This document shows positions 1 to 19,944 of a stretch of DNA of 64,000 nucleotides, one piece after another. A program made the position numbers and the translations under genes. Source of the DNA: the human T2T-CHM13v2.0 reference genome, Homo sapiens; the NCBI RefSeq assembly GCF_009914755.1, contig NC_060933.1; one strand, 5' to 3'. Numbering within the stretch: position 1 is the stretch's first letter; each line of letters starts with the position of its first letter. Below the pieces are notes generated by a model that made no database searches, had not been told where the DNA came from, and saw only the letters and a list, made by a program, of their open reading frames with translations.

Positions 1-1042
1 TTTCATGCGTTTTCCACCAGATCTCTGCCTGTGGCTCAGAGAGGTGTGGCAGCACAGCTACCTCACACAGCTGCTGAGAAACAGGCTTGGATACAGGTCT
101 TTTTTTTCTCCCCACTTTTGCTTCAGATCTCTACCCAGGTATAACGAGCTGCATCTCAAGGTCAGAACGACTGAACAATAAAGAGGTTGGTTCAACAGAT
201 GACCTCAAAACTCATAACCTACATCCCGAAGCTAAAGAAAAACTTACGTCTCCAAAAAGAGGTGTAGTTAGCTGCAGGTTATTTGAATGAGCAGCACATG
301 CTGTGCATTTGCTTTAAGATTCTCCAAACACGCAGAAAGCCAAGCTAATCCTCAGCGCTCCCATGCCAATCTGGTGTGGGGACCCTCCACTCCAGGCTGC
401 CTTGTAGAATGCCTTATTGATGTGCGGCAAGGGGCACCCCATGAAAGTCCCAACAGCTCTGAAGGTAATGAGCAAATAATCCAGTTGAGCAAGCAATCAA
501 AGAACAATAACAATTGTCTTGTGACAATACCCCCCAGTTTGTAATTAGTTAGCTTAAATTAGTTTAAATTCACTTCATTTGGAAGATTTTGCCTCTGAGG
601 CAGGCCAAGGCTCTCTTTCAGAGGCCAATTAGATTAAATTAGAAGTGGCACATTAGCTGGGGAGACTTCATTCATTTTGGGTTTTTGCAGCCTTAATTAT
701 GATGCAGACACAGCTGGAGTCATCCTTTGGAGGGTTTTCTTGCTTCAGCAGGCACTGGAGGCGACTGGATTCCTGGGAGAGGTGCTTTCAGTGGCGTGTG
801 TGGCCAACCAAGCCACCCAAGGCTACTTTGTCACCAGATTCTGCTCTTGGCCCATTCCCCCAGCTGCTGTGGGAGAGTCACAGGAAGTGAGGAATCCTAA
901 GAAGATCTTCCTTTTTCAAAACAGCTTCATCAAGGTGCAATTAACAGACAAGAAACTGCACACACTGAAAATACACACTTTGGTATGTTTTCACATGTCT
1001 ATACCCATGGAACTACCACCACAATCAGAATAATAAGTATAT

Positions 1043-1795
<753 letters not shown>

Positions 1796-2392
1796 ATATC
1801 TATCCATTGCCCCCAGAAATTTCCTCGTGTAATTTTGTCATCTCTCCCTCCACCCCTTCCCTCTCACACAGACTCGGGCAACAACTGGTCTGCTTTTGTC
1901 ACCATAGACTACTTTGTATTTTCTAGGATTTTATATAAATGGAATCATACTACATGTACTCTTTTTTTGCTCTTTCGCAAAGCATAATTGAGATTTATCT
2001 ATGTTGTTTTGAGTTATCAATAATTATTCCCTTTTTATTGCTAAGTAGCATTCTATCATCCAGATATACTACAGTCTGTTTATGTTTATCGTTGAGAAAT
2101 TTGGACCTTTTCTAGGTTGGGGTTATTTCACATAAAGCTGCAGCAGACATTTGTATACAAGTTTTTGTGTGGACATATGCTTTCATTTCTTTTGGGAAAA
2201 TACCTAGTAGTGGAATGGCTGGTCATAGGCTGCTATATGGTGAACGTTTTCAGAAACTGCCAAACTTTTCCAAAGCCATTGGACCATTTTACATTCCCAT
2301 TAGCCTGGGACCATTGTTACAGGTTCCCAGGTGATCTATATCTTCCCAACACCTAGTATGATTAGTCATTTAATTTTAGCCATTCTAATAGG

Positions 2393-2683
2393 TATTAACT
2401 AAGGTTACCCTAAAGCTGCCTCCATACATAGTTTAAGTTGGGCCTTAATTTCCTCTGTACATAGTGAACTATAACTTAACTGGATGTGTAAACAGACTAT
2501 AACCTACTCTTGTGCCAATTATCAAATTGCACTCAATTTTCTTTTTCTATAATTCCTCTCCAATCACGTGGCAGCCACCAGCGTTATTCTGACCTATTCT
2601 GGCTCAGGAGGCCACACAGTTCATGAATCGTTCTTTGCTCAATTAAACTCTTAAATTTAATGTCTTAAGTTTTTATTTTAACA
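2393..2683 (+). mobile_element. Solo ERV1 LTR, MER57-like, internally deleted
   Basis: CCTAAAGCTGCCTCC, GTACATAGTGAACTATAAC, GATGTGTAAACAGAC and GCTCAATTAAACTC..TTTAACA match the MER57 consensus as recalled. Confidence 0.75.
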
Positions 2684-2704
2684 GTCGTAGTGGTTCTCAT
2701 TATG

Positions 2705-2708
<4 letters not shown>

Positions 2709-2758
<50 letters not shown>
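2709..2758. repeat. (TG)n microsatellite in an Alu tail position
   Basis: About 25 TG units. Confidence 0.97.
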
Positions 2759-2760
<2 letters not shown>

Positions 2761-2894
2761 ATAGCATCTCACTCTGTCACCCAGGCTGGAGTGCAGTGGT
2801 GCAATCATGGGCTCGACCTCTTGGGCTCGAGTGATCCTCCCACCTCGACTTCCCAAAGTGTTGGGATTACAGGCACGAGCCACTGTGCCCAGCC
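2758..2894 (-). mobile_element. AluJ collapsed to monomer length
   Basis: Right-arm 3' end is joined directly to left-arm sequence. Confidence 0.85.
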
Positions 2895-3036
2895 TCTCAT
2901 GGTGATTTTTAATTTGCATTTCTATAATGACAACGATGTTGAGCCTATTTTCCTGTGCTTGTTTCCCAGCTATGTAGCTTCCTTGGTGAAGTGTTCATTC
3001 AAATCTTTTGCCCATTTAAAAAAAATGGGTTGGTTG

Positions 3037-3446
<410 letters not shown>

Positions 3447-3526
3447 TTATAAATATTTCCTCTCATTCTGTGGCTTGTCCTTTTATTCTCTTAACAGTGT
3501 CTTTTGAAGAGATGAAGTTTTTCATC

Positions 3527-3830
3527 TTTTTTTTTTTTTTTTTTTTTGAGACAGGGTCTCTCCCTGTAGCCCAGGCTGGAGTACAGTGATGTGACTTCAT
3601 CTCACTGCAGCCTCTACTTCCCAGGCTGAATCATTCCTCCCACCTCAACCTCCTGAGTAGCTGGGACTGTAGGTGTGTGACACCACACCCAGCTAATTTT
3701 TAAAAAATTTTGTAGAGATATGGTCTCACTATGTTGCCCAGGCTGGTCTCAAACTCCTGGCCTCAAGTAATCCTCCCAGTTCAGCCTCCCAAAGTGCTAG
3801 GATTACAGATATGAGTCACCTCACCTGACC
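3527..3830 (-). mobile_element. AluJ
   Basis: Diverged antisense Alu with J-type CACTATGTTGCCCAGG. Confidence 0.9.
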
Positions 3831-3957
3831 TGAAGTTCTTAATCCTGATGAAGTCAAATTTGTCAATTTTTTTTCTTTTATGTACTGTGTTTTGGTGTTG
3901 GATCTAAACAAAAACACTTTGCCTAGCCCAGGGTCATAAGACATTTTCCTGTGTTTT

Positions 3958-5113
<1,156 letters not shown>

Positions 5114-5598
5114 AAAATTTTACAGTTTTAGATTTACCTCTAGGTCTATGATATATTTTGAGTTAATTTTTATATATGGTGCAAGGTATGGATCCAAGTT
5201 CAATTTTTGCCAATGTAGATCCAATTGCTCCAGCACTGAATTGCCTTTGCACCTTTGTCAAAAATTAGTTATCCATATATGTGTGGATCTGTTTCTGATT
5301 TCTGGACTCCCTATTCTATTCCATTTATCTATTTGTCTCTCTGTGCACCAACACCATATGTTTTCACTATTGTAGCTTTAAAATAAGTCTTGAAATCAGG
5401 TAGTGTTAATCCCCAACTGTTTCCCAAAAGTCATTTGAGTATTCTAGGTTCTTAAGTTTTCTTGTGAATTTTAGAGTCAGTTTGTCAGTTCCCACAAAAT
5501 CTTGCAAGAATGTTGACTGGCAATTTGACGCCTGAATATGTATAAGTTTTCATTTATTTAGGTATTATTTCACTTCTCTCAGTGATGTTTTGTTCATA

Positions 5599-5985
5599 TT
5601 TGTTTTTGTTTTTAAAGACTAATTGGAGAAAAGGCATAAAAATGTATTAACGTGCACATGGGGAGAATCACAGAGTGATCGCTCCCTATCTCATTGGGGC
5701 CCACATATTTATACAGCCTTATTTCAGAGGGGTGAGGGGAGATAGGGAATATAGGTGATTCTGTTGAGGGGCAATAAATGATTACTAGGGAGAATGAATG
5801 GAACAGGGAACAGAGATTAACTTGTGAATGAGTTCTATTCAGGTGTGGTTACATTCTTGGTTGTTTTTGGTCTTGTTTGTCACCCTGGCTAGGATCTTGC
5901 TCTGTTACCCAGACTGGAGTGCAGTGGTGCAATCATAGCTCACTGCCTCAAACTCCTGGGCTCAAGTGATCCTCCTGCCTTAGCC
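5599..5985 (-). mobile_element. AluJ right arm interrupted by a 275-bp duplicated segment
   Basis: TTTTTAAAGAC, then the insert, then AGGATCTTGCTCTGTTACCCAG. Confidence 0.8.
5616..5890 (+). repeat. Dispersed direct duplication of 4027-4323
   Basis: Long collinear near-identity, e.g. TAAATGATTACTAGGGAGAATGAATGGAA and ACAGAGATTAACTTGTGAATGAGTTCTATTCAGGTGTG. Confidence 0.95.
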
Positions 5986-6122
5986 TTTAAATGCATTCTA
6001 ACCTCTCTCCTGCTAGAATTACCCCCCTAGAGCCAGGGCAGTAGGCAACTGAGAAGAAATTTTCTAACTAGCAAAGAGGCTTGATTTTCTATTGTGTTAG
6101 TTTTGCTGACAATTCCTATGTG

Positions 6123-6298
6123 GTAGTTTTTCTCAAATTCTACTGTGCATCAGAATAATCAGAGAAGGGTATTCTAAAAACAGAGATTCCCAATACACCC
6201 TCTCTTCAACCAATGAATCAGAATCCAGGAAATCTGTAGTGTATTTTTAGGCCACTGTTCAGAAGATTCTGATATATACTTATGTCTAGAAGCCTCTA
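6123..6298. mobile_element. MER5-like hAT-Charlie MITE, decayed
   Basis: TTTCTCAAA..TGTGCATCAGAAT..GAATCAGAAT..GATTCTGAT motifs. Confidence 0.55.
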
Positions 6299-6422
6299 TT
6301 ATAGAGAATTCTTGGGGTTCAGGCACTTGGAAATTCATTATTACATTGTAAAACTAACTTCCTCAGTATTAATATTATTTCTTCTTCCTCTACTTAGGCT
6401 CCTGGGTTTCTCAGCTCTCTTT

Positions 6423-6989
6423 TAAAGGAAACCAAAAATATTTTATCCCAAAATATACTTCTTTGTCATACTTTGGGGTGGCTCTTTGGAGGGCCTGCAG
6501 ACAGGAATAGCCCTGCAAAGCTACCTTTTGTGGAAGAGATTTGCGTCTGTAGGAAAAAGTCTGCACTGGTGAAATAAACAGCCAGGCTTTCTCTGAGGCC
6601 CCACCCATTCTTTCTGAGAGCAGCTCAGTGATTACCTGAGCAATTTCCACGTGCGTAACATGAGAGCTTTGGTGTGAGCAGCGTTCCTCCCTTCGCTCCC
6701 CTCAACCTGTGACCCCACCTCCCGAGAAATGTGGTTCCAGGCCATTGTTCTTTGGGCTCTCCCATCTTCCCTGAAAATCGTTTATTTCTACACCTCCTTC
6801 ATCTCCCCTCTTTCCAACCAAGAGGATATTTAAGCATCAACCGTCTTGCCATTCTTTGAGTTTTCGTATTTTGTGTGACTCCTGTGCATGTACGTGCACG
6901 TTAATAAAATTTCCCACCAATCTAGTCTCAGTGTGTTTTATAGACCCAAATTATCAAAATTTCAGGGGAAAAATTTAAACTTCCCTACA
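6423..6989 (+). mobile_element. Solo ERV1 LTR, MER34-like
   Basis: 5' end homologous to the LTR at 1043 (AAAATATTTTATCCCAAAATATACTT..GGAATAGC..TTTGCGTC); AATAAA; ends CTTCCCTACA. Confidence 0.75.
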
Positions 6990-7324
6990 TTCCCTAGGAA
7001 AGCAGATTTTCAAAAATTATTTCCAAGTGTTGTTTTAGGAATACCTTATATGCACTTTCCTTCCAAGAGATAATTACATGGTCAACAGCCACCATGCCTA
7101 GGAGGCCCTGTGACCCTGTCCCACCCCACCTCAGCCAAAGTTCATTGACTTTGGGTGCAAATAGCCAAAGGCAGCCTTGAGCTGACTCAAGTACACTGAG
7201 CAGTGACAAAGTCACAGAGCTTGGCTTGCTGAGAGCCGTGGAGATGACAAAGTCTTGAAGCAATGGAGGTCAGATGTTCGTGCTGACCTGTCAACAGGTG
7301 GGAGGTGGTAGCGGCTAGATCATA

Positions 7325-7492
7325 TACAGCAGGAGGGGGCTTGTTTTCCTGGAATAAAAAAAAAAAAAGCCAGACAGCAAATATTTCTGTCTTTGAGCAC
7401 CATACTGTCTCTGGTGCACCATAGTCTAGTGTTGCCATTGTGGTGTGGAAGCAGCCATCGACAGAACATAAAAGAATACGGACGGCATGGCA
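7325..7492. mobile_element. MER58-like MITE fragment
   Basis: GCCAGACAGCAAATATTT..TGCCATTGTGGTGTGGAAGCAGCCAT. Confidence 0.55.
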
Positions 7493-7816
7493 GTCACAGT
7501 CAGTTGACTTCATTGTAGAGCCTTATGGGCCACAATGAGGTATTTGGATTTATTCTATTGGCAAGGAGAAGGCACTGGAGCATTATACAAGGTGGGGTGG
7601 AGGGTAATTAGATCTCACTTACACTTCAAAAATTATAATCTTAGAGCTGTAAAAATACCATGGTACTAAAGGAGTATTTTTATCCCTTGTGAAAGAAAGC
7701 CAAATTGTAAGCTTTCAGGACCAGCCAGGGTAATCTTCAATTTACGTCTCCACCATCTTCTGAGTTTTATCTTAAAGTAGGTGTAAGATAGTCATCCTAA
7801 CATTACCATGGAATTA

Positions 7817-8143
<327 letters not shown>

Positions 8144-9584
8144 ACCCCAACGGGGTTGCAAAGGCCTCGAGAGACTGTCTCATTCAATCACCAGCCTTCC
8201 AACTAGGTCCATGCCTCAATCAACTCAGAGATGAAAACCCAAATGATGTGCCAATGCTGAGCCTGAGGATGGGTTCTGCTCTTCCCTGTGTGACAGGAAC
8301 ACCCACCCCCACTCTGATGAGAGGTTAGAAAATAATTCTGCTTTTTCCAAAGAGATTAAGCAATAACAAACAGAAACAAGAAACTAAAAAATCTTGGGTG
8401 CCTTTGGACTGCAGAACTTACAATCTCTCTAAATCCCAACTCTGACTCTTCAAATCTACCATTTGACTTTTTCCATTGAAGTGAGTTGATTTAATTCTAG
8501 TGCAGCCACAAATGTAGATGAAGCACCCGGGAACCACATAGCACATCGCGGGATGCAGACAGGAGTTACTGACACAGACGACAGGTCCCAAAGTAGAAAA
8601 TTAGGTCTCTTAAAAATCATTTTAAGGGAGATTATAAGCATGGAAACATGATGTCTACGTATTGTTAAGTGAAAATAGTAATATACTGTCTGATAACATT
8701 TCTGTAAAAGAACAGAGAGAGATTGGAATCATCTTGAAATTAAAGATTTCTGCGAAAAAAACAAGTGTCCACCAGTATGTACAGCATTCTTCAACTTATG
8801 TTTTTAAAATGCTGTGTATAAGTGATTGAAAAATCATATCACAGGGCATACAATAGCAAGTTTAAAGCACGTGCTATTATAAGACAAGGCAACATGGTAA
8901 GAAGGAGGGAGATGGAAAAAAGAAAAGGAAAGAAGTCTGTCTGTGGTATGGCCAGAGGGGAAAGAAACACTGGGAGAAAACCCACTCATCCTGGTCTTTC
9001 CTGCCACTTTCAGATATCCTCCTGGTAGCTTTGCTGTCTCAGTCCTGTACTGACAAATGCTGGTAATGGGACTGCATGAGAGCAGTCATACTCTGAGGAA
9101 TCCACCGGCTTTTAAGTGTGGTTCCATTACAGGATTATGTGGCGCCACGAAGTCCAATACCCAGGAACAGAGGATGGGGAATGTGACCCACAGAGCTCAA
9201 ACAAAATGACAAAGGAGACCACTTGGGTTCTAGGGCAGCAGATCACATTTGCTTCTTCCAAAGAACCAGAAAGCTTTTTAAAAAGCAAATGGAATAAAGA
9301 TGTGGATGAAAAGTTTTCTCCCTGGGATAAGTGGATGGGGAGGAAGAAAATGAAAAACAGGTAAATTGCTGAAGAAAAGGCAGTATAGTGAAAAAATCAA
9401 CATTTAAGAATTAATTATATGCCACTTTTCAAGAAATAAGCATAAGACACCAGAAAAATACGAATTTAGTGAAGGTCGAACAAACACTTTTTTCCCAGTG
9501 GCTATGAAAGAGAGAAGCAAGCATCTTTAAACGCTGGCAATTATGCAGATGGCAGAAAGAATAAAGACTGAATTTCATTCCCAC

Positions 9585-9618
9585 ATAAGGGAGAGTATAA
9601 GGGAGAGTATTAGGGAGA
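9585..9618. repeat. 12-bp tandem repeat ATAAGGGAGAGT, about 2.8 copies
   Basis: Seen directly. Confidence 0.85.
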
Positions 9619-10303
9619 CAAAAAGCAACCTGAAGCGTTTACAGTTTTGAGTGAGCGGACAGCCCAGCAAGCATTTAGAACTCATTATCTGAGCTGTGAA
9701 AAATGACCCTCAGAAATCACTGAAATTAATCAAGAAGTTAAACATTTATTAAAAACAAGCTTAGAGATTATAGGAGAAAGGTCGAGTCCAGAGACTCCAA
9801 CAAAGCTGAATCAGCTGATTTCTGGGCTGTGAAATGTGTGGTGCTCAATTTAGGGCACAAGGTTCAGATGCAGGTAAGGCCTCTGGAGCCCCGTCGGGCC
9901 GGACCTGAGCCTGCATATGGGGAAATCGCTGTTGTTGTCAGCCGCTCTTGCAAAAAGCTGATGATGTGGCTGTTGAACAACCTGGGACCCTTGACCCTGC
10001 CATGACGTTTGTACCAATGTGGGTGTCTGGGTGACATTCAAAATTAAATAAATCAAACTTAAATTACCAAGTTCTAGACTCCAATGTCCAGGGAAATGCC
10101 ACATTTTGCTGTGGGCGACAGAATTTTGCCCCCTCCACGCTTTTTGTCATAAGGGTCAAATAAACAGGATCATTGAACAGACAGAGTGGGCTCTGATGTG
10201 CTTCTCAGCTGGACACTGAACACGGGCAGTACTGTAGTGATGTCCCCAGGAGCGATTGTGCAGGAGTGAGGTGGGGCAGACGGCTTTTCCTGCTGGCTGC
10301 TGA

Positions 10304-10783
<480 letters not shown>

Positions 10784-11114
10784 GATGTTTAGAGTTTTTT
10801 TAAAATCAGGTTACAAAATGGTGTAAGCCAAATTAAAATGTACAGAGAAACCAAAAGAGGACGGCAACATGCCTCAGTGAAATAGTGACTGCATCTGAGT
10901 AGCTGTTTTTTCTGTTTCTTCAGACTTTGCTGCACTTCCCCAATCCTCCATAATAGCAACAGCAGAAGCACAGCCTGTGGGGCTAGCCTTGCTTTAAGCA
11001 TTAGCTGCTGTTATTCCCAGCGTTGTTACTCGTATCATCAAAAGTTGATAAACTGAAAGCTGAGAAAAAGACCAAAGGTTAGAGGGAAACATTTAGAAAT
11101 GTGTTAGAGACTTG

Positions 11115-11668
11115 TTTTTAAAGAAACTTTTAATTTTGAACGAATTTTAGGTCTACACTGCAAAGATAATTTAGAGAGACCCTTCCCCCCGTCCCGGTTT
11201 CCCCAGTTGTGAACATCTTACATCACCGTAGTACATGTGTCAAAACTAGGAGATTACGACTGGTACATGACTTAACTAAACCCCAGACTTCGTTTGAAAT
11301 TTACTTGTTTGGCTGGGCGTAGTGGCTCACACCTATAATCCCAGCACTTTGGGAGGCTGAGGCAGGTGGATCACTTGAGGTCGGGAGTTTGAGACCAGCC
11401 TGACCAACATGGAGAAACCCTGTCTCTACTAAAAATACAAAATTATCCCGGCGTGGTGGTGGGTGCCTGTAATCCCAGGTACTCAGGAGGCTGAGGCTTG
11501 AGAATCACTTGAACACAGGGGGCAGAGTTTGCAGTGAGCCGAGATGGCACCACTTCACTCCAGCCTAGGGGAAAGAGCTAAACTCTGTCTCAAAAAAAAA
11601 GAAAAAAGAAAAAAAAGAAAAGTAATTCACCTGTTTTTCCACTTAGGGACTCTTTCTGTTTTAGGAGG
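11115..11668 (-). mobile_element. L1MC/MD-like 3' fragment split by an AluSp
   Basis: AACATCTTACAT..GTCAAAACTA..TAACTAAA motifs resume after the Alu. Confidence 0.65.
11311..11620 (+). mobile_element. AluSp
   Basis: Sp diagnostics GAGGTCGGGAG and CCTGACCAACATGGAGAAACC. Confidence 0.92.
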
Positions 11669-11699
11669 ATGAGATTTTTGAATGTTAACTAATGTCCCC

Positions 11700-12050
11700 C
11701 TTTTTTTATATTTTAATTGTGAAACATACGTAGAAGTTCATAAAACAAAATGCACTATTTAAAGGAAAATGAAAAGTTCAAGGAATGGAATGATGCCAGT
11801 CTCCTGGTATCCTTTTTCTGACTCGCCACCCAGAGGTAATCATTACCCTGACTTTTATGGCAATAATATCCTTGCTTTTCTTGGTAGTGTTACTGTCCAG
11901 CTATAATCTCCTCAGTAAAGTAGTTGTGCCTGTTTTTGAACTTTATGTACATGAACGCATGCTGTATATTCTTTTGTTCAAGGTTATCTGGTTGTTGTGT
12001 GGTGTGTGTGTCTATGGCTCATTCATTTTCATTGCTGTGTGGTACTCGAC
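11700..12050 (-). mobile_element. L1ME-like 3' fragment
   Basis: CCCAGAGGTAATCATTACCCTGACTTT and TGCCTGTTTTTGAACTTTAT. Confidence 0.6.
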
Positions 12051-12216
12051 TGAGATGCTCTTTGATATTTTCTCCTGCTCCCTGCCCTTCCCTAATCAAA
12101 TAGACCTTCTGCCTCCATGTCCCAGGGATGGCAATATAACCACAGAAAATCAAATTAAAATTATTTATTATTATTTCAAAAGCCCACATCCTCACGGATT
12201 TAAACGAGATTTATAG

Positions 12217-12433
12217 CAGGATTTCTCAACCTCCACCCTATTGACGTTAGACCTAATAATTCATTTGTTGTGGGGATGTCCTGTTCAGTGCAGGATGTTT
12301 AGCAGCTTCCCTGGGCTCTACCACTAGGTGCCAGTAGCATCCACGGCCCTCCAGTTGTGAGAACCAAAATGTCTCCAGATATTATTGCCAAACATCCCCA
12401 GGGAGGCAAAGTCACCCCAGATGAGAGCCACTG
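12217..12433. mobile_element. MER20 hAT-Charlie MITE, near full length
   Basis: CAGGATTTCTCAACC..GGATGTTTAGCAGC..AACCAAAATGTCTCCAGA..TGAGAGCCACTG with CAG/CTG terminal repeats. Confidence 0.9.
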
Positions 12434-13201
<768 letters not shown>

Positions 13202-13277
13202 TTTTTTTTTTTTTTTTTTTTTTGGAGACAAGAGTCTCGCTCTGTTGCCCAGGCTGGAGTGCAGTGGTGCAATCTCG
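13202..13277 (-). mobile_element. Alu 3' fragment
   Basis: Poly-T plus about 55 bp of right arm, then an abrupt break. Confidence 0.85.
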
Positions 13278-13287
13278 TCTCTACTCC

Positions 13288-14118
<831 letters not shown>

Positions 14119-14208
14119 AAAGAAATTAAGAAAACAATCCAATTCAATTAACAATAACATCCAAAAGAATGAGATATTGAATAAATTTAACAAAAGAAAT
14201 GTGAGTCT

Positions 14209-14818
<610 letters not shown>

Positions 14819-15498
14819 TTACTGAAAACTATATAATATTTTTGGAAGAAACTAAAGAAGAATTAAATAGAAAGACATGCCATGTTCATAGATTGGAGGA
14901 TAACATCATTAAGATGATAATCCTCCTCAAATTAGTCAACATAATCCCTAACAAAAGCCTACCTGCTTTCTATGCAGAAGTTGAAAAGTTGATCTTAAAA
15001 TTCATATGGAAATGCAAGAGACCCAGAATACACAAAACAGGCCTGAAAAAGAACAAAGTAGAAAGACTCACATTTCCACTCCAAAGCTATAGTAATCAAG
15101 ATGATGTGGTGCTATTGTAAGGATAGACATAGTGATAAATGGAATAAAATTGAGAGTCCAGAAATAAACCATTACTTTCAGGATTAATTGATTTTCAACA
15201 ATGGTGATAAGACAATTCAATGAGGAAAGAAGAGTCTTTTAAAGTAAGGATGCTGGGGAAACCACACACATCCATATGCAAAATAAAAAAGTTGAACCCC
15301 CCACCTCACACCACATACAAAAAAAAATTCAAAATGTATCAAAGACCTAAATTACATTTAGAGCTAAAACTATAAAACTCTTAGAGAAAAATACAGATGT
15401 GAATCTTTGTGACTTTAACTTAGGCAATAGTGTCTTAGCTGTGGCACCAAAAGCACTAGCAATTAAAAATAAACAAATTGAACTTCATCAAAATTTTA

Positions 15499-16035
<537 letters not shown>

Positions 16036-16625
16036 TTAGGGGAATGAAAATCAGAACTACAATGAGATACTACTTCCTACCTAGTAGGATAACCATAATT
16101 TTAAAAGACAGACAATAATAAGTGTTAGCAAGGATGTGGAGAAAATTGGAAACCTCATACACTGCTGGTGGATATATAAAATGGTACAGCTGCTTTGGAA
16201 AACAGTCTGGCAGTTCCTCAAAAAGTTAAACAGAGTGACCATATGGCCTAGTAATTCCACTCCTAGGTATATACCCCAGAGAACTGAAAACATGTGTCCA
16301 CTCAAAAACTTATACAAAAATGTTCATTGAAGCATTATTCTAAATAGCCAAGGAGTGGAAACAACACAAATGTCCATGAATGGCTGAACAAATGGAATAC
16401 TATTCATCAATAAAAAGAAATGTTACAATATGGAGAAAGCTTGACAACACTATGTTAGGCTAACAGCCATGTATTGTATGATACCATTTATATAAAATAT
16501 CAAAAATAGACAAATCCATAGAGACAGAAAGTAGATTAATAGTTGCCAAGGGCTGAGGGCAGAAGGAATGAAATTACAGCTAATGGGTATGGAATTTCTC
16601 CTTGGGGTGATAAAATGTTTAAGAA

Positions 16626-16972
16626 TGCAGCCATAAAAAAGAACGAGGTCATGTCTTGCGGGAACATGGATAGAGCTGGAGGCCATTATCCTTTGCAAAT
16701 TAACACAGGAACAGAAAACCAAATACTGCATGTTCTCACTTAGAAGTAGGAGCTAAATAATGAGAACTTATGGACACAAAGATGGAAACAACAGACACTG
16801 AAGTCTACTTGAGGGTGGAGGGTGGGAGGAGAGGGAGGAGCAGAAAAGAGAACTATTGGTTACTGGGCTTAATACCTGGGTGATGAAATAATCTGTGTGA
16901 CCAACCCCCATAATACGAGTTAACCTACGTAACAAACCTGCACTTGTATCTCTGAACTTAAAATAAAAGTTG
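16626..16972 (+). mobile_element. L1PA15/16-like 3' end
   Basis: GCAGCCATAAAAAAGAACGAG..CTGCATGTTCTCACTTA..TACTGGGCTTAATACCTGGGTGATGAAATAATCTG..AAATAAAAGTT. Confidence 0.85.
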
Positions 16973-16973
16973 A

Positions 16974-17375
<402 letters not shown>

Positions 17376-17437
17376 TGAACCTGCATCTTGAGTTCAAATC
17401 ACTGCCCTGCTCTGACCTTGGGCTAGTCACTCTTTTC

Positions 17438-18012
<575 letters not shown>

Positions 18013-18125
18013 AAAGAATGCCTCATTTGTGGGGATATTTTGAGCATTAAATGAGACAATAATGTTGAACGGCTTAGCACCTCCAAATGGACAGTAGGTG
18101 CTCAATAAACTTTTGCTATTATTAT
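18013..18125 (+). mobile_element. MIR 3' part
   Basis: ATTAAATGAGA..GCTTAGCAC..AGTAGGTGCTCAATAAA..GCTATTATT. Confidence 0.8.
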
Positions 18126-19321
18126 TTCCCACTCTGCCCCTGGACTATGGCATGCATATTTTCCCTCCATCTTTACCCATAATATTGCCTTGGCCTAGAC
18201 TGTCTGCTTCTCTCAGCCCCTTCTCTCTAGCCAAATCCTTTTCATCCTTTTCAAAATTTGCCTTAAGTCTAATCTTAACGGATTTGTCCAGCCCACAGGG
18301 CCCTTTCTCTCTCTTAAATTTGGAGCCCTCGGCTATCTCTTTCACTCATTCATCCAGAATCACATGCTGCCTTAGAACAGTCTTTTCACTACTGTATTTG
18401 TTAATTGTCACATATTTTCACCTAAACTGCAAGGTCCTCGAGTTCAGGAAGCTCACACAATGCTTACATGTTAAGGCCTGTGACCCCACCCGAAGTCTCA
18501 GGGAATATTTGCTGAATGAAATTTGTGTCCTTAACAGAGTCACCAGAGAATTAAGGTATTCCATTGTATGCCATGAAAAAAAGTAACAAGCAATATGAGA
18601 ATACCTATTTTTAGATGTTTTGGCTTCAGGGTTTAATTTGACTGTGTTGGCGTTAGATCTGTTCTCCGCAGGCCTTGGATGTTTTTTCTTTAACGTGAGT
18701 TTCTTGGCTGAGATGAAGTGGGGTTGCCACTCTGTAGTGAAACCTGTAACCGTGCCATTCAAAATAAGTGAATTCCCTGTGGGGGAAAGTTGAAAGCCAG
18801 CTTTTGGAACTTGGATTTTTTTACCTCACAGCTTTAAAGGAACAAATCTGCCCCAGTGAGACAACAGATGCAGTTGTGAACTTTTGCTCTTGGTCTACAT
18901 ATTTACCCCCATTCCTCATGAGAAAGGGCAGAAATAAGCTGGAATAAATGATTTCCAGCATTCTCTGCATTCCTGGAACATTGTTGAAATAGATATTTTC
19001 CTGAGGAGGCCATTATAAGCAATTGGACTTGGCCACTGCACAGTGAGTCTTTTGCATCCAAAGTTACTTAATTTTTGCTTATTATTATTGCTGCAGAAGC
19101 ATTTTTGGATCCTATCCTTTCCCTCCACTCTCATAAATTTGGTTGAAATAGCTGCACATAAATATTGGACATGGTTCCAAGTCTGTCACCATACCCAGAT
19201 GTCTCCTCTGCTCCTCTGTGGCTGATCCTAAGCTCCGCCTCATCTCATAGATGAGCAGGAACTCAGGACCCCAGCATCTTTTCTTTTGTCAATCATTTTC
19301 TTGAGTACTTATAATGACTAA

Positions 19322-19683
<362 letters not shown>

Positions 19684-19944
19684 TAAGGAAGGTCATTTAA
19701 TAGAGGACAGAAGTGAGACTTAGAAGCCACCAAGGGGCTAGATGGTGCAACCCAGAAGTGAGGGGCCTTTGGCTATCTGGGGGTGTACATTGGCAATTGG
19801 TATACAGGAGACAGGAAGGAGTGGGGAAGATAAATTCCACCTCTTCTGTGGAGTCGTAACCCTCCTGGAGAAGTCCTCCTTAGGTAGAGGACATCCATTG
19901 GTGACTCATTGTGATGCTGTGGCCAATACAGTACTATGTCATGC

